DNA of 64,000 nucleotides, from the NCBI GenBank assembly GCA_017654855.1, contig JAFMPO010000001.1, forward strand, positions 310,001 through 374,000, in the 5' to 3' direction. The position numbers were made by a program, and so were the translations under genes. This DNA comes from Podospora anserina (Eukaryota). Positions 22,067 to 32,194 of the stretch are shown piece after piece. Below the pieces are notes generated by a model, which was given only the letters and a program-made list of their open reading frames with translations, was not told the DNA's origin and ran no database searches. The number at the start of each line of letters is the position of its first letter. Positions within the stretch are counted from its first letter, which is position 1.

Positions 22067-24367
22067 TCAAGTAAAGTCGTAAATCACCAGGCTCTCTCCC
22101 CCGCCTCTGTTCTGCTTCCAAACAACAATCATCTCATCATCAAACCCAACCAGATCCCGCTCTTCTGCAACATCAATTGGGTCATAGTACCGGCTCGTCT
22201 CGTTGTCCCGCCCCGGGACCCTCTCCGGCCGTATCTCCACACTCATAACATTGCTCGCCCTCGACGTGGCACCTTCCAAAGCCCACACGCGCATCTCCTC
22301 ACCTCGAGAGCCCACACTGACAGCCTTACCGCGGCAGTTGACCTGACCTTGGCTGATTCCAGACGTGTGCCCCCATAGCCGATGACCAGAGGTGACCGTC
22401 AAGGAGGACGGGCCAGACCGGCACAGAAAGTGAGATAAAGTGTTGTCGGGCAGGGTCGCAACGAGGTAAGGGTGGTTGTAGCACAAGGCTTTCGGCCCAC
22501 ACTCGCGAGGGGAGAAGCTGAAGTGAGGGGATAAGCGGCCAGGGTCCATGACTCTAGACCGGGGAGTCATGGGCGGTGTGAAGGGAGGTTCATATACGCT
22601 TGATTCGGCGGGCTCGCGGGAACCATCACCTGGCCTGGGTATATACTCAATCCAGTTGACCGGGCGACGGAACAGGAGAAGCGGGAGAGTGTGAGCGATG
22701 GGCGTAGTTGTGATTTCTGGCATCGAGGCTGGATCATCTTGAATAGGGGGTGAAATGTGGAGATCCTGAACGCCAAAAGACCAGCCGATGTGGGTAGTCA
22801 CCGTATATGCAATTGATGCGATGACTGAAGAGTTCGTTTTCCGGATGGAGAAGGAGAGAGGTGCCTGGCACGTGTGCGAGTCTAGCGATGTTAGTAGATA
22901 CGGCGGCGGTAACACCATGGTTTTATCACAGGGACCAGCCGTGGAGCCACCAAAGGTGTAAAGCGATACCAAAACCGCCCCGGTAGCTGTGATCAGGTAC
23001 GGGTGCGAGTACGCCATCTCAATCAGCTCGCCATTGCTGGACTTTTCGTGTCGGTATCGTCGTTTCAAGCGGCCGTCCTTGACAGATAGCCTCCACACCC
23101 CAAAGCTCCCGTCGGTGAACCCCAGCGCAATGTCCAGCAGTCCATCCACGAGCTTTGCCTCATCGATGACCATGCAGCTTGGTGCAGTGCTGTGGGCGTC
23201 CCCGTCAACTTCTGGGACCTCCACCAACCCTACATGTCCCAACAGTTTGCGGCTCCTGAGATCCCATGCGCGCAGATATTGGCTATCTGCACTGACTGCA
23301 ATACCCTGAACTACCTTTATGAAACTCCTCTGTCCTTTCCTCGAGCGTTGATGCTCGTTGAAACGTTCTTCATGACGTGGGGTGTTCACTGTTTCCTGTC
23401 CTCTGCTTAGGCGAAGCTCAACAGCCTTACACTTGCCCTTCGCCCAGTTGTGGCGTATTCTGTATTGTCTCTTCCAGTCCATCGTCCTGTTCGGTCTGTC
23501 CTCATCGGGTGCGTAGTACAACAGCGGGTCTTCCTGTACGCCGTCGCTTTGCACGTCGTCATCGTGGTCCTCAGGCGGTGTTATACCCCCCTCCAGCCAG
23601 TCCCGCACCCCCTCCTCTTCTTCGTCCTCGGCATCTTCATCCTGGCCGCTACTGCCGGTATTGAGATCTCCCACGTTATTGACCTTCAAATCTGTATCGA
23701 GGTCATTCCCGCAGGCTCGGTGTCCTGTTCCCCACCTGCAGGCTCGACCGAATGTGTTCTTGCTATGATACCCACCCAGGTGTGGGCCGAAGCCTGGTAT
23801 GAGTCGGGCTCTAGGCAGCACAAAGCGATGGTAGTACAAATTCTTCCACAACTGCGAGTCGCAGGCGAGGGTATAAAATCGGCGGGAAACGGGAGAAACG
23901 CCGAGGAGCTGATTCAGTGAGAGAGAAGAGAGGATGCGCAGAAGGAGCTCGTCAGAAAGAGGGGATATAAGGTCGGGTCCCGCATGGTGCTTCAAGCAGC
24001 TGTGCGGTTTCTGCTGTAGTGCTTGCGTGGGGTTGAAGTCTGGAACAAGGCCGAGGTTTGCAATGGTGGAGGTCGGTGTGGACCTGGAATTGTTCAATTT
24101 TCGGCGGTGAGGCGGTCTGGGTGAGGAAGCCTCAGGATTGAAGGAATCAAGCGACCGCTTGTAGGACGGGAAAGCCATTATTGCCAGAGCCTGGCAACGA
24201 ACGTGAAAGAGGATGTCGGAGTCTATCTCTTGATCGCAATCGGGAAAAGAAGTGGCACGTCGCGACTGCCGAGAAGTGCCGTTGCTTTCTCGTTGATGTT
24301 CCTGGGAAACAAAGGCGGAATTGTGGAGAAAATGCTGCTTGCTGTCAGCGGCCCGCGGTGGGTCCAA
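22067..24367 (-). CDS. F-box protein with degenerate WD40-like C-terminal region (start may be 24178)
   Basis: F-box ISPLSDELLLRILSSLSLNQLLGVSPVSRRFYTLACDSQLWKNLY, then DWKRQYRIRHNWAKG and LWGHTSGIS...EMRVWALE. Intronless. Confidence 0.9.
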   Translation of the reverse strand: MDPPRAADSKQHFLHNSAFVSQEHQRESNGTSRQSRRATSFPDCDQEIDSDILFHVRCQALAIMAFPSYKRSLDSFNPEASSPRPPHRRKLNNSRSTPTSTIANLGLVPDFNPTQALQQKPHSCLKHHAGPDLISPLSDELLLRILSSLSLNQLLGVSPVSRRFYTLACDSQLWKNLYYHRFVLPRARLIPGFGPHLGGYHSKNTFGRACRWGTGHRACGNDLDTDLKVNNVGDLNTGSSGQDEDAEDEEEEGVRDWLEGGITPPEDHDDDVQSDGVQEDPLLYYAPDEDRPNRTMDWKRQYRIRHNWAKGKCKAVELRLSRGQETVNTPRHEERFNEHQRSRKGQRSFIKVVQGIAVSADSQYLRAWDLRSRKLLGHVGLVEVPEVDGDAHSTAPSCMVIDEAKLVDGLLDIALGFTDGSFGVWRLSVKDGRLKRRYRHEKSSNGELIEMAYSHPYLITATGAVLVSLYTFGGSTAGPCDKTMVLPPPYLLTSLDSHTCQAPLSFSIRKTNSSVIASIAYTVTTHIGWSFGVQDLHISPPIQDDPASMPEITTTPIAHTLPLLLFRRPVNWIEYIPRPGDGSREPAESSVYEPPFTPPMTPRSRVMDPGRLSPHFSFSPRECGPKALCYNHPYLVATLPDNTLSHFLCRSGPSSLTVTSGHRLWGHTSGISQGQVNCRGKAVSVGSRGEEMRVWALEGATSRASNVMSVEIRPERVPGRDNETSRYYDPIDVAEERDLVGFDDEMIVVWKQNRGGGESLVIYDFT

Positions 24368-24976
24368 ACAAGGTGTGGGTCAAAAGGTGGTACCTGACCC
24401 TTGTCTTTCGCCAACAGCTCCCTCAGCTCCAAAACCTCGATATCACGGTCACAGTTTTTTGAGCAAATAAATACTGATAATTCGTGCTAAAACTTGATTG
24501 TGTGTAAAAACGTCAGTCAAAGCGTGAAGGAACATAGTCTGTGCCGTGGCCGAGCTTGCTAGGTATCACACTACTCGAAAAGTCTGTCGGCCCTATCAGT
24601 TGGGTGAACAATTCACCGCCACATGGCACCGGCAAGCGCCAGTTGAAGATGGGGATCCAGTGACCCTCGAGTACGTACTCTCATCACCTCAGGTAGGGAA
24701 TGCGCGATGTAGCAGCTTCGAGGTTCAACTCCGAAACACACCGCTTGATTCCCGTGGCGACAGTGGCTGAGGTGTATTGCGGCATTGACAAGCAAAACTG
24801 ATGCAGGCGGATCCGAATTGGACACATGTATCAACAGTTCATCATTGCTCCTCGTTTTTCGGCTGACGCAAAGCTCTACTCATTTTTCGTCGGCTTGTAT
24901 GTTTTGTCCACAACGCTTGCCGCGGAATATCAACTCTTCAAAAGTTTCTGCCTGCCATCCCACACCATGTTTTCAC

Positions 24977-25937
24977 TCAGCCAGCCCACACAGCAGGCCC
25001 GGGAGGCTTGTACTCAAGCAACCTCATATCCTCCACTTTGACGGATCCAAGGACCATCTGATTCCCAGGAAGCCGAATCCCTTTCGTCTTGTTAGCAAGA
25101 TGCAAGCATCTCTCTCCGAATCGGAGTCTTCAAGGAGGTAATTCACCTGGATCATCAATCTCATACGTCCCCGGAAACCTTGCAAAGCCGGCTGGACTCC
25201 CACCGCCCTCGCCCATAATATTGACATGAGCACAGTTGACAAACCACTGGCTGTAGTTGTACAAGTCCGTCGGCCAGAACTGTTCGATCCGCATGAGATA
25301 CTTCCCCGGTGGCGTCGTCAGCGGAATGCTAAAGTTGAACTGTTTCCCTCTGTCAGTCCCATCCACACCACGAAGAGATGGGGGTCTGAATGATCATCCA
25401 TGATAACTCACATCGCCCTCCCCCGACAACAACCAAGAATTATTGTCCTTCGGCCCCGCAACCGCAATCTTGAACCAATCCCCATCCCCACGATAGTTCT
25501 CAACATCGTCCCCGGGTGCCCTCGATAGGTAAATCTGTGCGGGCCCTCTATGGTAAAACTCACCGCCAGGCCCGTAGGCATCCCAGCTGACTCGGAACCC
25601 GACTTCACTTCCCGCAATGACATCAGCCGTGGAGGTGTTGGCCGCAGCAGCAAAGGCCTTCCTGCCGCAGGTGATGTCCGGATGGTGGACGTCCATCTGG
25701 GGTATGGTCTTGTGGTATTGGCCCCATGGAAAGATCTCGTCTTCGTAGTTGGGACCCATGACGTCGCGGACGTAGAGCCATTCCGGGGTGGCGGTTCGGT
25801 TGACGAGGAGGATGCCCATCGTGTCTGGACTGTCAGGACAACTCGTTCGTGTTAGGCTGCGGAGGGTTGAGCTTACTATGAGCCAGCACCTCAGGCATGA
25901 AGAACCAAGCCAAAAGCCCCAGAAGTTGTGGTTTCAT
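24977..25937 (-). CDS. AA9 (GH61) lytic polysaccharide monooxygenase-like protein, atypical
   Basis: 19-aa signal MKPQLLGLLAWFFMPEVLA followed by N-terminal His. Also ITCG, YHRGPAQIYLS, GDGDWFKI, PPGKYLMRIE, QWFVNCAHV, FPGTY and YKPPGPAVW; three GT-AG introns. Confidence 0.9.
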
Positions 25938-26497
25938 GCTGTTTGAGCTTCAGGTTATTTTCAATCCAAAAGTGCCCTATTCAAGGTGGTCAGAAACGTT
26001 CCAATCTTCTCCACGCCTTCCGCCCTCTAAATACTCCAACGTTCTGCATCGAGATCGCTCATTGGAATCAAGAAAGCAGACCAACAGTAGAGACGGCATG
26101 CCATAGCCAACTCAACAAAGGATGGGAGTTAATATGGCGGCTATCAAAACTGTAGGATGCGGGGAACACTCTCCATCCGTTGACCGAAAGAGGATGAGAA
26201 GGATTTAGAGTGCAACACTATTATGAGCTCGTGCCGGCAAACACAATCGGGTTTTTGTTGTGAATGTGAATGACAGATATCATACGGTACCAGCCTGAAC
26301 CCCCAGGGTTTGCGAAAAAAGGGGAAAAGGGGGTTGATCTCACTACAGCTGCACATGGTGCAGAAACAGGAGAGTATCATTGAAATACGGTCAAAGCAGA
26401 AGAGTTACTATCGAATAATAACTCCTCATCAGGCAACACCCCAGCCTCACTACCGCTGTGCTCTCCCGCAGCACGTCTCGTCCACATCGGACACCGA

Positions 26498-28068
26498 CTA
26501 ATACAACCTCCCCGGAAAAGCACCCTCAGCTTTCAACCCGCCCACAAAGTACAACTCCGTCTCCGCCAACAGCACCATCCTTCCCTTCCCCGCGAACTGA
26601 AAGTTGGCCACTCCCTTGCCCAGGAATATCTTTCCAATCAACTTCCCTGATGGACTATAAACTTGCACGCCATCTGCACAGCCCACGTAGACATTGCCCT
26701 TTGTATCCACATTGATCCCATCTGGTATACCAGGTGTGATAAACGCAAAGGTTTGTCTGTTGGACAAGGTCCCATCCCTGGAGACATCAAATCGGTAACT
26801 AATTGTATCAGCGGGCTGTGAACGAAACAACAAAGATCAACTAACATCGTGGAAGGATTGTTATACTCCATCCCTCTGAAAGCCTGCGCTACCCCGCTGT
26901 CGGTCACATAAAGATGTGACCCCGATGGTGAGAATTGAATGCCGTTTGGCATGCTGAATCCATCCGCCACCACAGTGACAGCCCCAGTAGCCTCATTGAA
27001 ACGCCACACCTGCTTTGGAAAGCCGGGTGCAGGCCGAAAATCTTGAACGAATCCGTAGGTAGGGTCGGTGAAATAGATGTCACCATTTCGGGGGTTGACT
27101 GAGGCGTCGTTGATGGAATTGAATTGCCGACCAAAGTAGTTGTTCAGCATGACTAGGTATCCTCCTGACATTAGCACGTGATAAGTACTCGACGCGCGGA
27201 GACTACCTAACCGACCTTTTGTATCATAAGGAGGCTCTGGATTCATAAGGTAAATGGCAGGAGGAATGTTCTCCCCCTTTCCTTGTCCGACAAAGAGCAA
27301 CTTGTTCTTGTAGTTTGTGCCCCCTATTTTGGTATTCAGTCTGATGCGTTCGTCAAGCACGTGCAAAATAAAACCCTACCGTTCGGGTTCATAACCTTGG
27401 CTCCGTCAGCCGCAGTCACATCCTCAATCTGAACAGATCCGCTGGCATTTCTCTGGCTGGTGATAGCCCCTGTGATGGCAGACAATTTGATCTTCTGAAT
27501 GATGGCTGATTTTTGCATCCCTGTTCCGGCAGCTGGCGCACCTGCATTCTGACAAAAGAACATTTCATCTGTGGATGGATTCCTGCATCATATGTTAGCC
27601 GAGTAGTCGTTGCCATGAGCTCAAACACGCTGTCGGTTGACTTACCACACTGGAGCCTCGTGAAACAAGGGGTCGCCATCGGTGTGGTTCAGCAGCGTCA
27701 AGGTTGGGTTGGGCCCAATAATATCCTCGAACTCCTTGCTGTAGATGTGAAAGGGCCGGGCAACTAGAGACTCTATTGTCGCATTTGGTGGTGCGAATGG
27801 CTGTTGGACCAGATATCGATGGTTAACTTGACATCTTGGCTGGCATGATGAAAGGGATAAAAAGATCACACACAATCCAAGCAATGAAACCTCCATATTC
27901 TGACGGTGGAGGAACAGTCGGGAGAACATTAAAGGCCCTTTGATCGATCCTTTGTGCCTGGGCCGCAAAACTTTGCCTTTCGGCATGAAACAAGTCTGGA
28001 GTGCTGATAGCGACGCCTAGAAAGACAGCTGATGACAGGAAGCTTTTGCTGAACTGTAATGGCGGCAT
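26498..28068 (-). CDS. Secreted SMP-30/gluconolactonase-family lactonohydrolase (multi-exon)
   Basis: Signal peptide; FHEAPVW, NNYFGRQFNSIND, YFTDPTYG, PNGIQFSP and PDGINVD..GNVYVGCADGV beta-propeller motifs. Confidence 0.9.
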
Positions 28069-29000
28069 GGTGCACAGTCTGAATAGGGTCTATGGAAGGT
28101 GCTTCCAGATCGTGGATGTCGGTATCTCTGTGTCTTGCACGAGAAGGAGACATTCTTCAGCAAAGCAAGATAGAGGGGGAGAGCCATCATGTAGTTACTC
28201 CGAATCCTACATCATAACCCCACTCGACCCCTGACACGGGGTACCACAGGGCGTAAGACGGGATCTGCATACATCCGCAATCCATGCGAAGATCGATATC
28301 TCATCCGAAATTCTGCCCAAGGGTGCCGTCGGACCGGCGCGGAGGTCCGGGCGCTGCGGCGGGCACCACCCCTTTGCGGTGGCAGGCTGAATAGATGTTT
28401 TATCTCCCCATGTCGAGACTTCCAAGGCTATCAATCATCATCCGCAATTGACCATGCTGTCTCCCAGGCACGAACAACCACTTCTCGAGCCTCCAACACC
28501 ATGTCTTGTCGAGAGAGCAGGGCGGTGATGGTAATCCAGGGCCCGCAGAAATCATCGTGGTCCTGGAAACGTGCAACAGGCCATTGCTGCTGTACACAAT
28601 CAGTTGAATAGACTGGGGGTCTTCTGGGGTGCGGATTTTGGCTTGGGGTGTGGTTCTGGGTCTTCTCGTAGATGTAGCAGAACTGGCCTGCGCGTTGAAG
28701 ATCATTTTGCCGCTGAGAAACTTTAGAATTTGTTGATCGCGATATCTTGGGATCAGGCTTGGGGATTATCTGTTGGGTCTGGGGGTGCTCGATCCGCAAG
28801 AGCCATGCACGAGGTGAGCTCTTGCTCTTTCGGTCAAGATATTCAATTTAGGGTTTGCACCTTCCTCGCACAGCTTTCATTTCCATACTAAAAGGGAAAG
28901 ACCGCCCTTTTGGCAGCTGCGATGTTCATTTTTTTCAACTGGGTCCAACATCTTTGGATGTTGTCATAATCGATCAATGTGAGCCACGCTCTTTCCTCCT

Positions 29001-29009
29001 ATTGGAGGA
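29001..29009 (-). promoter_or_regulatory. Possible galacturonic-acid responsive element (TCCnCCAAT) upstream of the lactonase
   Basis: Plus-strand attggagga reads TCCTCCAAT on the minus strand, ~930 bp upstream of ATG 28068. Short motif, so chance occurrence is plausible. Confidence 0.3.
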
Positions 29010-29268
29010 CTTTTGTTCTCAGCTAAGAATCCGGGCAATCTGTCTGGTGTACCTAGACTTTGATATTTGATTATTGCGCTATGCTGTATAACCAACACCG
29101 CCTTTTGAGCCAAAATAGTGCGAGGTCCTTGGACTTGATCAGCTCGGTGCCAAAGTAGAGTTAGAGAATGCTTCTTCTCGTATAGTCCGTCCTGCCATAC
29201 CACCGGCTGCTTCAATCATTCACCAAACCAACGCTTGTAAGGCTCTGTTATTCTTACTCTCGACTTTA

Positions 29269-30429
29269 TCAAATTATCGCCTCTGTTTCCTCAAAACTCA
29301 CAAAGAATCGCGCACTATCAACCACGCTATCCCGAAACATCACCCAGTCTCTCCCCAACACTTTCCTTGCTGGCTCGGAATTAAACTTCTTCATTGCCGC
29401 CCTCGTTTTCTTGACCTCCTCAACCTTCCCTGCAGACGCCTCCCTGATAACACCTCTCAGATTATCCCCGACCTCCTCCCTCAAAACCTGCGCCATCTGA
29501 CCAGGACTAACATTATCCTGCGCCACAAGCAAAAGCCTCTCCCTCCTCTTCTCCTCCCCATCACCCACAGCCAAGTCATTCGCCACAGTCTTCACCACCA
29601 CCTCCGCCACATCCCTAACATCAACAAAAGTCCCCCTAATGACGCTCGCCTCGGGGACATCGCCTCCATGCATCACATCCCAAATGTCCTTCACCCGCAT
29701 GCTCAGCCCAGACAACGGGCTCGGCATAAACAACGGCGGCCCCAACACAGGACTGGGACAAAAAGTCGTGACATTCACCGCCTTCCATCTTGGATCATTC
29801 TTGTCATCGACAATCTTCCAGAGTGCCTTTTCTGCAGCGGTTTTGCTGGCTTGGTAGGTGATGTAACCGGGTGTGTTGTCCCCCAGCTCTGCCACCTTGG
29901 CCTCGGCTTCTTGGTTCCAATCTGCCGAGGTAAAAACGTGATCCGGAGAGCGGTAAGGGGGTGGTGAGTACACTGCGCTGATGGAGGACATGAAGGCCAC
30001 TGATTTGAACTTGGTGGGGGCCTCAACGGCGGAGGCAAGTAGGGAAGTGGTCCCGTCAACGGCGGCCTTCATCATGGGGGCTGGGTCGCCGTCGGCCATC
30101 GAAACCGGAGAGGCGAGGTGGGCTATGGCTTGGACACCTTTTTGATGTCATGATCAGGTCATCAGTGAAGACAGGAGCACGGGAAGGAGGGACCTGCCTT
30201 GGACCGCATTGTCAAACGCCCCTTCGATGGTGATGTCAGGAACCTCGACTATCTCGACCTTGCCGCCGCCTGCTTTCTGGGGTGCGGACAATGCGCGAAG
30301 CAAGGACTCGACATTAGGAGAGGTTTTGTTTCGGACCGTGCCCCTGACGCTGAAGCCGGCCTGGAGGAAGCGGGCGGCGGTGTGCGCGGCGATGTAGCCG
30401 TTGATACCGGTGATGAGAACTTTTGCCAT
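29269..30429 (-). CDS. NAD(P)-dependent epimerase/dehydratase family, aldehyde reductase II/Gre2-like
   Basis: MAKVLITGINGYIA..VRGTVR; GC-AG intron 30138-30197; then HLASPV, SSISA, YQASKTAAE and FVDVRDVA. Confidence 0.92.
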
Positions 30430-30715
30430 TGTGCGCTGGACAGCCTTTGCAGGTGAACTGAATTGGTGAATTCCTGGAACTGAAAATTGAATCGGAGACT
30501 GGAAAAAAAAAAGATGGCCGATATCGCTACCAGCGACTCGCAAACAACACCGGCCGGCGTCACACACGCCCCTTGCCACGACAACGCCCACCCGGGTCAT
30601 ACATATCCCGATGGCAGCCGACGGCTCCCGGGCTCACTTATCGTGGCAGCCTTTCATCCGAAACCTTCATCTTTATTTCATCTACCGCACTCCGTATTTA
30701 CAAATCCCGACCCCC

Positions 30716-31522
30716 TTAATTGAACACGTTCGGCACCGGGTTCCTCAAGTAAGGCTTCACCGCCGTCGTCCCGTTGAAATCCCTCGACACCGCCTGGGCA
30801 AACGCCTGGGCAATCACATCCGCCCCCTCGGGGCTGGTGTGGGTGTAATCCACAGGGTAAAAGCTATTCACCTTCTGGCTCCCCAACCGCTGATACGTCT
30901 TGGTCACAGCCTGGTAGTGATCCACAAAGCTCGCCCCGCTGCCCACGTTCCTCGCCGCGGCAGCAGCGTACGGCACGAACCTAGGCGGCTCGTAGTTCCC
31001 GCTCCACTGCCCGTTCTGCCACAGGTTCTTGGGCGTCTGGGCGCTGAAGACGACCTTGGCCCCCTTGGCGATGAGAGCCCTACCGGCCGTCTGGAGGTAG
31101 TGGTTGTACGTGTAGACCGTCTCGCCTGTCTTGCCTGACCTGCAGACCTCGTTTCCTGTGCCGGGGCAGGCGCTGCGGCCGTTGTCGTTGGCCGAGTTGG
31201 GGGAGCTGCCGTCGTTGTGCCCGAAGCTGATGATGACGATGTCGTTGGGGACAACGAGGCGCTCGATCTCGGCGAAGCGGCCTTCGTTGGTGAAGCTGCG
31301 GGCGGAGCGGCCGGAGATGGCCTTGTTGACGACCGAGATGGTGAGGTACCTGGAGAGGTACTCGCCCCAGCCGTTGTGCGGGCTGTTTGTGCGGGCCATG
31401 GTGCTGTCGCCGGCCAGGTAGACGGTGGGTGGTTTGGTTTGGCGAGGGGAGTTCTGCGAAGGGGCGGCGTTGCTTCCCGCCGCCATGAGGAGCGGGAGGA
31501 GGGTGGCCGGTGAGAACTTCAT
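30716..31522 (-). CDS. Secreted rhamnogalacturonan acetylesterase (CE12, SGNH/GDSL)
   Basis: Signal MKFSPATLLPLLMAAGSNA; YLAGDSTM, GWGEYL, AISGRSARSF, FGHND and DYTHTS catalytic blocks. Confidence 0.93.
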   Translation of the reverse strand: MKFSPATLLPLLMAAGSNAAPSQNSPRQTKPPTVYLAGDSTMARTNSPHNGWGEYLSRYLTISVVNKAISGRSARSFTNEGRFAEIERLVVPNDIVIISFGHNDGSSPNSANDNGRSACPGTGNEVCRSGKTGETVYTYNHYLQTAGRALIAKGAKVVFSAQTPKNLWQNGQWSGNYEPPRFVPYAAAAARNVGSGASFVDHYQAVTKTYQRLGSQKVNSFYPVDYTHTSPEGADVIAQAFAQAVSRDFNGTTAVKPYLRNPVPNVFN

Positions 31523-31882
31523 GATGAGGGTCTGTGGCGGTGGTGACTTGGTCCCGATCTCGTATCTTTCCCTCCACAACACGGACAGAGGGGGGTCGTG
31601 GTCTCTTTTAAAGCAGCCGGCTTCCATCTCCCCAGGGGTCCCACAACATGCCTATCGTGTCATCTTTCGTCGACTTTGCAATGTTGCATTTTTTTCCCGG
31701 TAGGCTAGCTTCGGGTTTCCTGGATAACGGCCTGGATTCCACCAGCGAGAGGAGACCTTGTGCACTTGCGCAGCACGCTCTCCTCGCCATAGCGCAAGGC
31801 GGGAAAACTCATCAAAGCCACAACCGACCGAACGGGACCCTCCACGTTACCGTCGCCAACAAGAAATCCCCCGGGCTAGTGT

Positions 31883-31911
31883 CGTAACATGTTACGGTTG
31901 GTGCGGCTAAA
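31883..31911. promoter_or_regulatory. 14-bp perfect palindrome CGTAACATGTTACG next to an XlnR-type GGCTAAA in the CE12 promoter
   Basis: Palindrome at 31883-31896 and GGCTAAA at 31905-31911, ~360-390 bp upstream of ATG 31522. Confidence 0.35.
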
Positions 31912-32130
31912 AGGGGAAATAAGGAATCTGGGGTTTCCCCCAGATCCAGTCGTCGTCTCCAACGGCACCTCTGTCGGGAGAATGATCCAAACAAGGTATT
32001 ACGGGTTCTCAGCAGCCGAGTAAGTGGTCAGCGGCATGACATTGTCCTTGGCAATATGACGGGCAAAGCTCCACCTACATCAGCTCTTTGTAGCAGTTTC
32101 ACGAGAGCGAAGCGTACGGAACAATCTGAG

Positions 32131-32139
32131 ATTGGAGGA
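32131..32139 (-). promoter_or_regulatory. Possible GARE (TCCTCCAAT) upstream of the CE12 pectin esterase
   Basis: Exact TCCnCCAAT match on the gene's strand, ~610 bp upstream of ATG 31522; fits a pectinolytic gene. Confidence 0.4.
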
Positions 32140-32194
32140 AAAAGTTTCGAAACCCCCAAGCAATGACGCTAATTCGACCAAATGCTACGAAACA

